Below, one piece after another: positions 38,695-50,661 of a stretch of 64,000 nt of DNA. The DNA is from an uncultured Candidatus Saccharibacteria bacterium (GTDB taxonomy: Bacteria; Patescibacteriota; UBA1384; CAZZBO01). Made by a program: the position numbers and the translations under genes. The first letter of the stretch is position 1; each line of letters starts with the position of its first letter. The stretch spans positions 3,892-67,891 of the forward strand of contig CAZZBO010000001.1 of NCBI GenBank assembly GCA_964652345.1, written 5' to 3'. Under the pieces are notes generated by a model, which was given only the letters and a program-made list of their open reading frames with translations, had not been told where the DNA came from and ran no database searches.

Positions 38695-40506
38695 GTGAAA
38701 AAAAATAAATCAAATATTAAACAGTTCAAGCTCAGATTAATTCTTATTGTTCCCGCGTTGTTATTAATGTTTTTTTTCGGATTTTTAATATATCTTTATG
38801 AGTTTGAAGCTAAGATTTTGCCACAAATTTCAGTGGGGCAGACAAAAATCGGGGGCTATACTTTTGAAAAAGCTCAAGTCAGTTTAAGTTCTATAGAAGA
38901 AAATTTGCCTGAAGAAATGATTGTTGTTGCGCAAAATAAAGATTATTTGATATCTTTGAAAAATGCTGAGCTAAATCTCGACACAGATCAAAGTCTAACT
39001 AATGCTTGGAGTGTGGGGAGAGAAAATAAACTAGCTTGGCAAAAACAGTTGTCTCGCTTGGTAACAAAAAAAAATATCCCTTGGCAAATTTCATACAATC
39101 AGGACAATTTGAATGATCAGATAAAAGAAATTAGTAAAAAAATAGAAAATCAGTCAAAATCGCCTAAAGTAGAGATTAAAAACAAAAGATTTGTTGTAAC
39201 CGACGGCATTTCGGGAGAATTTTTACATCCTCAAGAATCCATTGATTTAATTGAAAAAAATTGGCAACAAGGGAATTTCTCGAAGATGGATCTTCCGACT
39301 ACAAAAATTGAATATTCCCAAATCAATCAGAAGCTTAATACATTTATGGAAGAATTAAATGGTTTAAATCAAGAGTATAATTTGATTGCTGAAGAAAAAA
39401 TAAAAAAGATAAATCTTGAAGATATCAATAATTGGATTTTTTTCTATATAAAATCAGCTAATGATATAGCATGGGATTTAAGTAAAGCTAATATTGCATC
39501 AGATCTTGAGATAATTTCTCAAGAAATCGAACTCAAGCCACAAAATGCCAAGCTGGTTTTTAGCGGGGGCAAAATAGTGATTTCAAAAAGTGCTGTGGAT
39601 GGCAAACGTTTTAATGCCAAAGAAGCTGTAAACATAGTGATAGATGGCATAAAGACTAAAAAAAATGAAATCAAACTATCGATTGTAAATATACCTGCTG
39701 AGATTACCGCAGAAAATTATTTAAATTTGGGAATCAAAGAATTAATCGGAACTGCGACAACTAATTATAGGGGGAGTACGGTTAATAGAAGACATAATAT
39801 AGCAAACGGAGCGTCAATTGTGAGCGGGACAGTAGTTAAGCCCGGAGAAGAATTTTCTACAGCTCAAGTGATGGGAGATGTTTCAGATGTTACTGGTTTT
39901 TTGCCAGAGCTTGTAATAAAAGGCAATCGTACAGTACCAGAATTTGGAGGTGGGTTATGCCAAGTATCTACAACTTTGTTTCGTTCTGTGTTGAATGCTG
40001 GTCTTAAAGTTACAGAAAGAAGAAATCATTCTTATAGAGTTGCTTATTATGAACCACCTCTAGGACTTGATGCTACGGTGTATTTTCCTCATCCAGATTT
40101 TAGATTTGTAAACGATACAAGCAATTATATATTGATTCAATCCAAGGTAAGCGGAAATAGTATTACTTTTGAATTGTATGGCGCAAAAGACGGGCGAACG
40201 GCTACGATAACCAATCCAGAAATAATTTCAACCAGTCCTGCGGGAGAACCGAAATTTATCGAAACAGAAGATCTGTTTAAGGGAGAAACAAAGCAAATAG
40301 AAAAACCGCATGAAGGAGCTACCACGATTGCGTATTATACCGTGATAAAAGATGGAAAGGAATTATTTAAGCAAACTTTTAAATCAGTATACAAACCATG
40401 GCCGGCTCAATATTTAGTTGGCACAAAAGAACCACCGACTCCAGCATCTGAAACCATCCCCGAAGCTTCTATAGCTCCAGAGTCGGAAGCAATACCTACT
40501 ATATAA
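38695..40506 (+). CDS. VanW-family protein with PG-binding domains
   Basis: N-terminal TM; RRHNI, PGEEFS, GGGLCQVSTTLF, ERRNHS, GLDAT. Confidence 0.9.
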   Translation: MKKNKSNIKQFKLRLILIVPALLLMFFFGFLIYLYEFEAKILPQISVGQTKIGGYTFEKAQVSLSSIEENLPEEMIVVAQNKDYLISLKNAELNLDTDQSLTNAWSVGRENKLAWQKQLSRLVTKKNIPWQISYNQDNLNDQIKEISKKIENQSKSPKVEIKNKRFVVTDGISGEFLHPQESIDLIEKNWQQGNFSKMDLPTTKIEYSQINQKLNTFMEELNGLNQEYNLIAEEKIKKINLEDINNWIFFYIKSANDIAWDLSKANIASDLEIISQEIELKPQNAKLVFSGGKIVISKSAVDGKRFNAKEAVNIVIDGIKTKKNEIKLSIVNIPAEITAENYLNLGIKELIGTATTNYRGSTVNRRHNIANGASIVSGTVVKPGEEFSTAQVMGDVSDVTGFLPELVIKGNRTVPEFGGGLCQVSTTLFRSVLNAGLKVTERRNHSYRVAYYEPPLGLDATVYFPHPDFRFVNDTSNYILIQSKVSGNSITFELYGAKDGRTATITNPEIISTSPAGEPKFIETEDLFKGETKQIEKPHEGATTIAYYTVIKDGKELFKQTFKSVYKPWPAQYLVGTKEPPTPASETIPEASIAPESEAIPTI

Positions 40507-40578
40507 AAAGCATATTAAATTTGCAATTTGAGAATTATTGAAGTTGAACTAAATTAATATTCAAAACAATAAAATTTG

Positions 40579-42198
40579 TTATTTTTTGTTTTGAATTGAA
40601 GCTTTGATGAATCCATCAAAAAGGGGATGGGGGCGATGTGGACGAGATTTGAATTCAGGATGAAATTGACTGGCGATAAAAAACGGATGATCTTCAAGCT
40701 CGATTATTTCTGCCAAAGTTCCATTTGGAGAAAGCCCTACGAAACGCATTCCTGCACTTTCTAGATCTTTACGATAATTGTTATTTAACTCATAGCGATG
40801 ACGATGTCGTTCGTAAATTTTCGTTTGTTTATATAAAGAAGCAACCTTTGATTTTTTATCTAAAATACAAGGATAAGAGCCAAGTCGCATAGTGTGTCCG
40901 TATGAAGATCCTTCGATTAGTTTTTGCTGTTCGGGCATAATATGAATGACAGGATCTGGAGTTTTTGAGGAAAACTCAGTGGAGTTTGCTTTTTTTAGTC
41001 CTAATACATTGCGTGCAAATTCTATTATCGCTATCTGCATGCCAAGGCACAATCCTAGATATGGAATTTTATTTTCTCTGGCAAATTTTGAAGCCATAAT
41101 TTTTCCTTCAACGCCACGCGTGCCAAAACCTCCGGGAACCAATAGTCCATCCATCTTTTTTAATATATTTGTATTAGGTTTTTCTAAATTTTCAGAATCA
41201 ATCCAATGAATCTGGACTTCTGTATCGTTATTCCATCCTCCGGCTTTTATCGCTTCTGTCACGGATAGATATGTATCTTTCATACCCATATATTTGCCGA
41301 CTAAGGCAATATTAATTTTTGTATTTTTTTCCTTTTTGATTTTATTAACCATTTTTTTCCAAGCCAAATTTTTTTTGTCGTTTGAAGTAAGATTTAAATT
41401 TTTTATTATAAGACTATCCAAATCAAAGTGTTCTAAAGTCAAAGGCACTTCGTAAACATATTTTGCTGTTACAAGGGGAATAACCGCTTTTTTGTCAAGT
41501 CCACTATAAAGAGCTAACTTATCAATAATATTATCTGGTACATTTCTGTCCGAACGAGCAATTATGATATCCGGACGTATACCAATACCCTGAAGATCAC
41601 GAATGCTATTTTGTAATGGTTTGCTCTTTAATTCTTCAGTTGCTCCAAGATAAGGCAAAAAACCGACATGTACAAAAAGAGTGTCTTTGGGATTTAACTC
41701 GTACTTTATTTGTCTGATTGCTTCCAGAAAATGCATTCCTTCATAATCTCCGACAGTTCCTCCAATCTCACAAATCAGTACTTGCGCTTTTGATTCATTA
41801 GCAGTTTTGTAGATTCGATCTTTTACTTCATTTGTAACATGGGGAATGACTTGGACAGTTTTTCCTAAAAATTTACCTTGTCTTTCTTTTGATAAAATTG
41901 ATTCATAAATGTTGCCAGACATTACACTTGAAGCTTGTGTTAAATTTACATCAATAAATCTTTCGTAATGACCCAAGTCAAGGTCGGTTTCAGCTCCGTC
42001 TTCGGTTACAAAAACCTCGCCATGTTCGGCGGGGTTTAATGTCCCAGCATCCACATTTAGATACTGGTCAAATTTTTGCATAAAGACAGAAATCCCGCGA
42101 GCTTTTAAAATATTACCGATTGATGCGGCTGTAATTCCTTTACCCAAACCAGATAATACTCCCCCTGTTACAAAAATAAATTTAGAGTTTGTTCTCAT
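40579..42198 (-). CDS. pyrG: CTP synthase
   Basis: TGGVLSGLGKG, DLDLGHYERF, GLCLGMQ, ERHRHRYE, QFHPEF. Confidence 0.97.
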   Translation of the reverse strand: MRTNSKFIFVTGGVLSGLGKGITAASIGNILKARGISVFMQKFDQYLNVDAGTLNPAEHGEVFVTEDGAETDLDLGHYERFIDVNLTQASSVMSGNIYESILSKERQGKFLGKTVQVIPHVTNEVKDRIYKTANESKAQVLICEIGGTVGDYEGMHFLEAIRQIKYELNPKDTLFVHVGFLPYLGATEELKSKPLQNSIRDLQGIGIRPDIIIARSDRNVPDNIIDKLALYSGLDKKAVIPLVTAKYVYEVPLTLEHFDLDSLIIKNLNLTSNDKKNLAWKKMVNKIKKEKNTKINIALVGKYMGMKDTYLSVTEAIKAGGWNNDTEVQIHWIDSENLEKPNTNILKKMDGLLVPGGFGTRGVEGKIMASKFARENKIPYLGLCLGMQIAIIEFARNVLGLKKANSTEFSSKTPDPVIHIMPEQQKLIEGSSYGHTMRLGSYPCILDKKSKVASLYKQTKIYERHRHRYELNNNYRKDLESAGMRFVGLSPNGTLAEIIELEDHPFFIASQFHPEFKSRPHRPHPLFDGFIKASIQNKK

Positions 42199-42352
42199 CA
42201 ATAAAACCATAAGAAAAATTATATAATTTGTCAAGAAAATACCCCCTAAGTTTCAGGTGAAGAAATGCGCAATACCTCGTCTCTGCTATTTATGAAGTTT
42301 GTAAAGCGAGCTTACCTTGCCAAAAAGAGAGATAATAGAGTATACTCATTTC

Positions 42353-43753
42353 ATGAATAAAGAAATTTTTAAAGCTTATGATATTCGTGGTGTTTATCCA
42401 CATCAAATAGATGAAAGTAGCGTTTGTAGGATTGGGCGGGCATATATTGAATTTTTAAAAAAAGAGTGGGGGGGACTTGAAAATAAATATGTTGTTGTAG
42501 GTTGTGATGTAAGAACATCGTCTCCCAGTTTGAAACAAGAACTGATAAGAGTTATTGCGAATGAAGGGGTAAATATTATTGACATCGGAGTTGTATCAAC
42601 TGATATGATCTATTTTGCTGTTTCATTTTTGAAAGCAGATGGAGGAATCACTATTTCAGCTAGCCATAATCCTCCAGAGTACAATGGAATGAAAATGGTA
42701 CGAAAAAATTCTATCGGCATTTCAGGCGATAGTGGGCTTAAGCAAATTGCAAAACTTGCTCTAGATAATAAATTTTCATACAAAAAAAATAAATCAGGAA
42801 ATATCACAAAAAAAGATATATTAACAGAGTATATTAAACATGTTCGCAGTTTTATTGATTTTGAAGAGTTAAAGAAAAAAAAGCTGAAAGGAAAAAATTT
42901 AAAAATTTTGATTAATCCAAATTTTGGTCCCGCAGGAGCGATATGCCAAAAGTTAGTAGAAGGATTGCCTATTGATCTTGTTTGTATAAATTGTGAACCT
43001 AATGGAACTTTTCCGGAGGGCACTCCAAATCCGATGTTGGAGGAAAATCGGGAAAAAATGAAAGAGCATATTTTAAAACATCAAGTTGACTTGGCTGTCG
43101 CATGGGACGCTGATGCGGATAGAGTATTTTTTTATCCGGAAAACGGAGAAGCGATTGAAGGATATTTTATCGGAGCGCTTTTATCTCAAATAATTTTAAA
43201 AAGGAATAGAAATGAAAAAAATAAAATAGTCCTTCACGATCCGAGGTTAATATGGGCGATGCAAGAAGCGATTGAATCAGCTGGAGGTGAGCCAAAAGAG
43301 TATAAAACAGGTCATATGTTTATCAAGGAAGGTATGCGCAAATACGACGCAATTTTTGCGTCAGAGATGTCTGCTCATTATTATTTTAGAGATAATTATT
43401 ATTGTGATAACGGTATGATTCCATTTTTACTTGTGCTAGATGAGATATTCAGAACCGGAAAATCTATCAGTGAACTAGTTGTCACTTGGACACAAAAGTA
43501 TTTCTCTCCTGGAGAAATAAATTTTAAGACCCAGCATGCAAAACAAATATTAGAAAAAGCTCAAGAAAGATATCAAAAAGATGCTAAAATTAGTCATATT
43601 GATGGACTTTCTATAGAATTTTCAAATTGGCGATTTAATATTAGAACAAGCAATACTGAACCACTTTTAAGATTGAATCTTGAAGCAAAAGATCAAAAAA
43701 ATATGATACAAAAAACTAAGGAATTGACTGACTTCATTGATTCTTTCAATTAA
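42353..43753 (+). CDS. Phosphomannomutase/phosphoglucomutase
   Basis: FKAYDIRG, SASHNP, DADADR, EMSAH, RTSNTEP. Confidence 0.94.
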   Translation: MNKEIFKAYDIRGVYPHQIDESSVCRIGRAYIEFLKKEWGGLENKYVVVGCDVRTSSPSLKQELIRVIANEGVNIIDIGVVSTDMIYFAVSFLKADGGITISASHNPPEYNGMKMVRKNSIGISGDSGLKQIAKLALDNKFSYKKNKSGNITKKDILTEYIKHVRSFIDFEELKKKKLKGKNLKILINPNFGPAGAICQKLVEGLPIDLVCINCEPNGTFPEGTPNPMLEENREKMKEHILKHQVDLAVAWDADADRVFFYPENGEAIEGYFIGALLSQIILKRNRNEKNKIVLHDPRLIWAMQEAIESAGGEPKEYKTGHMFIKEGMRKYDAIFASEMSAHYYFRDNYYCDNGMIPFLLVLDEIFRTGKSISELVVTWTQKYFSPGEINFKTQHAKQILEKAQERYQKDAKISHIDGLSIEFSNWRFNIRTSNTEPLLRLNLEAKDQKNMIQKTKELTDFIDSFN

Positions 43754-43755
43754 AG

Positions 43756-44028
43756 TTAATAAGAAAATTGATTGTATAGATTATAGACATAATAGATAAA
43801 AGGAATCAGAGACAAGATAAATCCTAAGATACTAATTTTTAGATATTTTGTGTTGTATTTTAAAAACATAATTCCCGAAATTATGAAATTATAGAAAGAG
43901 ATAGCTATTATGGCAATAAAATAGTTTAGCGTCCAAATATACATCCTGTTTATTATTGTAAAATAAATCATTATAATGCTGGCAACTGGTCCTAAAAATA
44001 TTAATATTTGTGAAATTCTAATTTTCAT
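43756..44028 (-). CDS. Small hypothetical membrane protein
   Basis: 90-aa ORF with three hydrophobic segments, directly downstream of trpS. Confidence 0.55.
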   Translation of the reverse strand: MKIRISQILIFLGPVASIIMIYFTIINRMYIWTLNYFIAIIAISFYNFIISGIMFLKYNTKYLKISILGFILSLIPFIYYVYNLYNQFSY

Positions 44029-44040
44029 AATTTAATTATA

Positions 44041-45018
44041 CTACTTTTTTAAACCTAGTTTAATAAAGACCTCATTTAAAGTTTTGTTTGCCGGAATTTC
44101 AGCTTTTTTGGCTCCATCCGCTAAAATATCTTCTAAAAGTCTTTTTTTGTTGAGAAACTGATTGGTTTTTTCTATGATTGGCATTAAAAATTCATTTATC
44201 GCATTTGTTAAGTCTTGTTTGAGCTCCTTGTAAGAAATTTGATTGTTTTTTTTGTCGTCTTGGTGTTTTTTTATAATTTCCGGTTTGGCAAAAGAGTTTA
44301 ATAGAATCATTAGATTTGTTCCTCCGATTCCGCTGGCGTCTTTGGTGCTATCGGTTACAGCTTGATCAAATCGGCTTTTTACGGTTTGGGGTGAATCCAA
44401 AAGAGAGATGTATGAATTTGCGATAGATTTTGACATTTTAATACTTGGATTGTTTAAAGCCATAACCCTTTTTGTTTCTGTGGAATATTCTTGAGGAATT
44501 GTAAATACTTTCCCAAATTTATTGTTGAATCTTCGACAAATAATTCGAGCTAACTCAATATGCTGGTGTTGGTCTTCGCCTACAGGAACCAAGTTGGCTT
44601 GATAAAGCAAAATATCTGCGGCTTGTAATATTGGGTAATTGAAAAGTCCGGCTTTGATATTTTTCTGTCCATTGGTCTTTTCTTTATATTGTGTCATCCG
44701 TTGAAGCTCGCCCATATGAGTAACAATATTTAAAATCCAACCTAGCTCACTGTGAGCTTTAACATCCGATTGTTTAAAAATTGTAGCCTTTTTGGGATCA
44801 AGTCCGCATGAAAGATAAATCGCCAGATTTTGCAATATATCATTTTGAATTTTTTTTGGATCAAAGCTGTTGGCAGTTATAGCGTGTAAATCAACTAAAC
44901 AAAAATAACTTTTTTCAACTTCATCTTGAAGTTTTACCCAATTTGAAATTGCTCCTAAATAATTGCCCAAATGGACTATTCCTGTTGGCTGTATTCCAGA
45001 AAAAACTATATTTTTCAT
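44041..45018 (-). CDS. trpS: Tryptophan--tRNA ligase
   Basis: SGIQPTG, HLGNY, YPILQAADIL, VGEDQ, KMSKS. Confidence 0.96.
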   Translation of the reverse strand: MKNIVFSGIQPTGIVHLGNYLGAISNWVKLQDEVEKSYFCLVDLHAITANSFDPKKIQNDILQNLAIYLSCGLDPKKATIFKQSDVKAHSELGWILNIVTHMGELQRMTQYKEKTNGQKNIKAGLFNYPILQAADILLYQANLVPVGEDQHQHIELARIICRRFNNKFGKVFTIPQEYSTETKRVMALNNPSIKMSKSIANSYISLLDSPQTVKSRFDQAVTDSTKDASGIGGTNLMILLNSFAKPEIIKKHQDDKKNNQISYKELKQDLTNAINEFLMPIIEKTNQFLNKKRLLEDILADGAKKAEIPANKTLNEVFIKLGLKK

Positions 45019-45128
45019 CAAGATTATCTTATCAAAAACTAAAATAAATGCAAAATAAAAATTCAAATTATATTTTTTAATTTACTTTGGTCCTTGATAA
45101 TAAAATAAAATGTTATACAATACTAATC

Positions 45129-45199
45129 GTGGCAGTAGTGGAGTTACCCCCTTACGAAATTACTGCCACAATTGATCTAACCAAAAAGTTAGATTTTTT
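45129..45199 (+). ncRNA. Candidate small structured RNA
   Basis: TTGATA-16-TACAAT upstream; GTGGCAGTA/TACTGCCAC stem, then ATCTAAC/GTTAGAT hairpin and T-run. Confidence 0.3.
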
Positions 45200-45363
45200 G
45201 CTTTTTATTTCTAAAGTAATCTATCTAATTTAGAATTATATAAACAAATAAATATTTGAAAATTATGAATTTATATTTAGATTTTTAGGTTAAATGTAAA
45301 GCATACTTTACAAAATAAAAAAAAACATTATAATTAAATTAATAATAAAAGAAAGGAGAAGAT

Positions 45364-45651
45364 ATGAGTAAGATAAAACCATTGGCAGATAAAGTATTGA
45401 TAAAGCCACTTGAAGGAGAAGAACAAACAAAGTCGGGCATTGTACTACCAGAAACAGCTCAAGAAAAACCTCAAGAAGGAAAGGTGATGGCTGTAGGAGA
45501 GGGAAAGTGGATCGAAGGAAAGTTAGTGCCATTATCTGTAAAAACGGGAGATAAAATTTTGTATAGCAAATATGGAGGAGATGAAATAAAGGTCGAAAAT
45601 ATTGAATATAAGATATTAAAAGAAGAAGACATACTGGCGATTATAGAATAA
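45364..45651 (+). CDS. groES: Co-chaperonin GroES
   Basis: IKPLADKV, SGIVLP, EKPQEG. Confidence 0.97.
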   Translation: MSKIKPLADKVLIKPLEGEEQTKSGIVLPETAQEKPQEGKVMAVGEGKWIEGKLVPLSVKTGDKILYSKYGGDEIKVENIEYKILKEEDILAIIE

Positions 45652-45710
45652 AAACAAATTTTTAACCTACGCCAAGTTTATGGTTGGCAGGCAAAAAACA
45701 AATGGCAAAT

Positions 45711-47443
<1,733 letters not shown>

Positions 47444-47463
47444 AAGATAATTACACTGTAGAA

Positions 47464-47491
47464 AGAAACCAGCCGAATACGGCTGGTTTCT
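47464..47491 (+). terminator. Hairpin terminator after groEL
   Basis: AGAAACCAGCCG-AATA-CGGCTGGTTTCT perfect 12-bp stem. Confidence 0.75.
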
Positions 47492-47505
47492 GATATAATT
47501 AATAT

Positions 47506-48474
47506 ATGGATAAAATTTTTCAACCCGAAAATACCAATTGGGATAATGAACTAATGGAATACAATGGTCATTTTTTGCAGTCTTTGTTTTGGATAAATTT
47601 TCAAAAAAATCTTAAAAACAAAATATTTACCGGTATAGAAGATAATTTTATGTATTTTGGTTATCAAATCAAAACAAGATTTGAAAATTATCTTTATCTT
47701 CCTTATGGGCCAACAGCCAAAAATCAAAAAGGTATGAGAGATGCAATAGATTTTTTGCATAAGTTTGCGCAACACAATAAGTTTGATTATCTAAAAATAG
47801 AACCGATAGCAGAGGGTCTCAAGTTAAAAGATTTTTCAAGCTTAAAAAAAACTAAAGATCGCCAGCCAGAATGGACAAACTTGCTTGATCTAGAAGATTC
47901 TCAAGACCAAATATTTAAAAATTTGAGCTCTGGTCATCGTTACGCTATAAGACACATTGGGGATCGTAATCTTGAATTCAAGCTGGGAGACGCAAAAGAT
48001 CTTGGAATATTTTTTGAAATGATGAAGGAGACAGAGCAAAGAGCTGGAATCACAGGATATCCAAAAAAATATTTTCAAACACTGCTTGAAACAGAGTCTA
48101 CGATAAACAAAAAGAATATAAAAATATATTTTACTTATTGTAAAAATGAACCAGTTTGCGGGGCGATAGTTTTTGATTGGCGCAATACCCGTTATTATGC
48201 TTTCGCGGGAGCTTTTCAGGAATTGAATCGAAAGATTCAAGGATCAGTAGCTCTAGTTTGGGAGATGATTATTGACGCAAAAAAACAAGGATTTAGATAT
48301 TTTGATTTTTGGGGAGTTGCTCCGCCGGATGCAAAAAATCACAAATGGCAAGGAATTAGTTATTTCAAAAGGGCATTTGGGGGGCAGAATAAGCAATATT
48401 TTGGCACTTGGGATTTCCCCGTGAATAAAACCAAATATAACACCCTTCAGGCTTTAAAAAAATTGAGATCCTAA
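47506..48474 (+). CDS. FemAB/FemX-family peptidoglycan bridge peptidyltransferase
   Basis: HFLQS..W, YLPYGP, FDFWGV, FKRAFGG. Confidence 0.88.
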   Translation: MDKIFQPENTNWDNELMEYNGHFLQSLFWINFQKNLKNKIFTGIEDNFMYFGYQIKTRFENYLYLPYGPTAKNQKGMRDAIDFLHKFAQHNKFDYLKIEPIAEGLKLKDFSSLKKTKDRQPEWTNLLDLEDSQDQIFKNLSSGHRYAIRHIGDRNLEFKLGDAKDLGIFFEMMKETEQRAGITGYPKKYFQTLLETESTINKKNIKIYFTYCKNEPVCGAIVFDWRNTRYYAFAGAFQELNRKIQGSVALVWEMIIDAKKQGFRYFDFWGVAPPDAKNHKWQGISYFKRAFGGQNKQYFGTWDFPVNKTKYNTLQALKKLRS

Positions 48475-48983
48475 TTATTCAAGTTTATTGAGCTTCCACC
48501 AGTACTGAATTTTTCATAATAATCATCTGAATTTCCTCCGTCGTTTTTCATTTCTATGTCTTCATCTTCAAGCTTAGCTTCTAGCTTAAATTCTTTTCCT
48601 TTGCCTTCATTATTGTTAGTGGTCATATACCAATAAGAAAAACTTGCGTCCTTGGTGGCTAAAGGATCATCGCTGATATTAGAAAAATATTTAAGTTCAT
48701 TGATATCGGGGTGTGTTAAATATTCAACAGCTTTTACTTTTGATGATGTCGGGTTACCTACTGCATCAATATTGTTATAAGGATAATATTGATAATTTGT
48801 GTTTGATTGATCGTTACGATACATTTCTAAAGCTACGGAAATTGTATTAAGATCAGCTTTTCTCTTGCTATTTCGGCTATTTTTCAAATGATCTATATAT
48901 TCCAAAGTTACCATTGTCGTAACAACCCCTATAATTAAGATTACGACTAAAAGCTCTAAAATTGTAAATCCGTTTTTTTTCAT
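48471..48983 (-). CDS. Type IV pilin / pseudopilin
   Basis: Class III signal KKNGFTILELLVV; RKADL..I..ALEMY. Confidence 0.9.
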   Translation of the reverse strand: MKKNGFTILELLVVILIIGVVTTMVTLEYIDHLKNSRNSKRKADLNTISVALEMYRNDQSNTNYQYYPYNNIDAVGNPTSSKVKAVEYLTHPDINELKYFSNISDDPLATKDASFSYWYMTTNNNEGKGKEFKLEAKLEDEDIEMKNDGGNSDDYYEKFSTGGSSINLNN

Positions 48984-49249
48984 TATTGTGAACGATTGAT
49001 TAAGTTTAGTAGAAAATCTATGCTATCTCGCATTCCGGGGATTGATGCTAGCCAGCGCAAGATATAAGTTAATCCTGTGATCGCGATAGCAAAACCAACC
49101 GTTGACCCAAGCGCTACTATCATACCATGCATAAAACTTCGACGATATCCAAAATTTCGATTTAGAACACGAAGATTTTTTATCAGATCCTTCATTAGAT
49201 CTTGCTCTTTTTGAGCTAGATCGGTAATGGGGTGTCTATCTTCGGTCAT
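48983..49249 (-). CDS. Small membrane protein (DUF5665-like)
   Basis: F.HGM..ALGSTVG..I and IP motif. Confidence 0.6.
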   Translation of the reverse strand: MTEDRHPITDLAQKEQDLMKDLIKNLRVLNRNFGYRRSFMHGMIVALGSTVGFAIAITGLTYILRWLASIPGMRDSIDFLLNLINRSQ

Positions 49250-49743
49250 GCTTGCGCCTCTTTGATTATTCGATTGTCAAAATCTTGATCGATTGTCACA
49301 AATTCTTTTTTTACTTTAACAATTGAATCAGATGGCAGAATAAGCTCTTCAAACCAGCTTGATAGATAAATTTTGACAATCAACCCTGATTCGGAATCAA
49401 ATACTATATCGGTAATTTTGCCCAATGTTTGATTTTTTAGATTTTTTGCTTTTTTGCCGATCAATGGTTTCATATTTAGCTCCTTAAAAAGCGGGTTTGA
49501 TTTTTTTAGTAGAGAAATTTTTTTTTCATGGTTTATGTATATTGAGTGGGGTTCAATAGAAATCAAGTCTTCATAGAGTATTCCTTTGCTTCCATTGAAA
49601 AATTTTGAAACAGATTTTTCACAGACAACTCCTAAAAAAGATAATTTTTTACTATCAAATAATGCAAAATCAACTGTTGCGACAGCTCCTTTGTTTCCAC
49701 AAATTATTGGCGCTTTATTTAATGAGGATGCTAATATCAACAT
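49246..49743 (-). CDS. PRC-barrel domain protein
   Basis: Two repeats; LIGKKA...LGKITDIVFDSESG. Confidence 0.75.
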   Translation of the reverse strand: MLILASSLNKAPIICGNKGAVATVDFALFDSKKLSFLGVVCEKSVSKFFNGSKGILYEDLISIEPHSIYINHEKKISLLKKSNPLFKELNMKPLIGKKAKNLKNQTLGKITDIVFDSESGLIVKIYLSSWFEELILPSDSIVKVKKEFVTIDQDFDNRIIKEAQA

Positions 49744-49788
49744 AATCCCTCCTATGTTTAGTATAGCATATTAATCGTCTTGACAAGA

Positions 49789-50352
49789 TTATTGTTTTGC
49801 TCTTTCAAGGTATGTCCCACTTCGGGTATCAATTAAAATTTGATCATTTGTTTTGATAAAAATAGGTACATTTATTTTTGCGCCTGTTTCAAGCTCTGCC
49901 GGCTTTGATGGTGAAGACACTGTATCTCCTTTTAGACCCGGTTCTGTATATACGACTTTTAATTTTACTTTTATAGGAATATTTACCGATATTGGTTCAT
50001 TGGAAAAATACAAAATTTCAACGATGCTTTCTTCTGGCAAGAATTGCCCTGAAGATCCGACTTGACTTTTGGTTAAACTAAATTGAGAAAAATCATCTTG
50101 GTTCATAAAATAAAAACTTTGTTCATCTTTATATAAAAATTGCGCTGTTTTTGATTCTGTATCTGCTGGAGAGATTTGTTCATTGCCTTTAAATGTATGG
50201 TCAATGAGTGCTTGAGTTTTTAAATTTTTTAGTTTTGTGCGAATAAAGCTACCTCCTCTACCAAGCTTTGACAGTTCACTATAAACTACCTCATGAGGTT
50301 CGTTTTTGTAAATAATTTTTGTACCCAATTTTAAGTCTGTGATAGATAGCAT
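49789..50352 (-). CDS. efp: Elongation factor P
   Basis: KLGRGGSF, QFLY, PGLKGDT, KPAELETG, IDTRSG.YLER. Confidence 0.96.
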   Translation of the reverse strand: MLSITDLKLGTKIIYKNEPHEVVYSELSKLGRGGSFIRTKLKNLKTQALIDHTFKGNEQISPADTESKTAQFLYKDEQSFYFMNQDDFSQFSLTKSQVGSSGQFLPEESIVEILYFSNEPISVNIPIKVKLKVVYTEPGLKGDTVSSPSKPAELETGAKINVPIFIKTNDQILIDTRSGTYLERAKQ

Positions 50353-50445
50353 AGCTTAAATGTTAAAAATTTTAATTTTTAATCAATGATAAATTCAATG
50401 TTTTAATATACAATCATTGAATTTTGATTTGACATTCCTAGAATT

Positions 50446-50652
50446 TTATCTTGTTGTGTAAGGCATCAATCCAAGATATCTGGCACGTTTGATAGCTTCT
50501 TCAAGCCGTCGTTGATGTTTGGCGCAAACTCCAGTATCATGCGCGGGTTTGATCTTCGCCCAAAATCCAAGATATCTAGATAAAAGAGCCGTATCTCTAT
50601 AATCTATTTCACTTAATTTTTTTCTACAAAAATAACATTCTTTTCTAGACAT
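50446..50652 (-). CDS. rpsR: 30S ribosomal protein S18
   Basis: CYFC, IDYRD, TGVCAKHQR, IKRAR. Confidence 0.96.
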   Translation of the reverse strand: MSRKECYFCRKKLSEIDYRDTALLSRYLGFWAKIKPAHDTGVCAKHQRRLEEAIKRARYLGLMPYTTR

Positions 50653-50661
50653 AGTATTTTT

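Noticed and set aside
45200-45363. CIRCE operator upstream of groES
   Set aside because: No TTAGCACTC-N9-GAGTGCTAA found.
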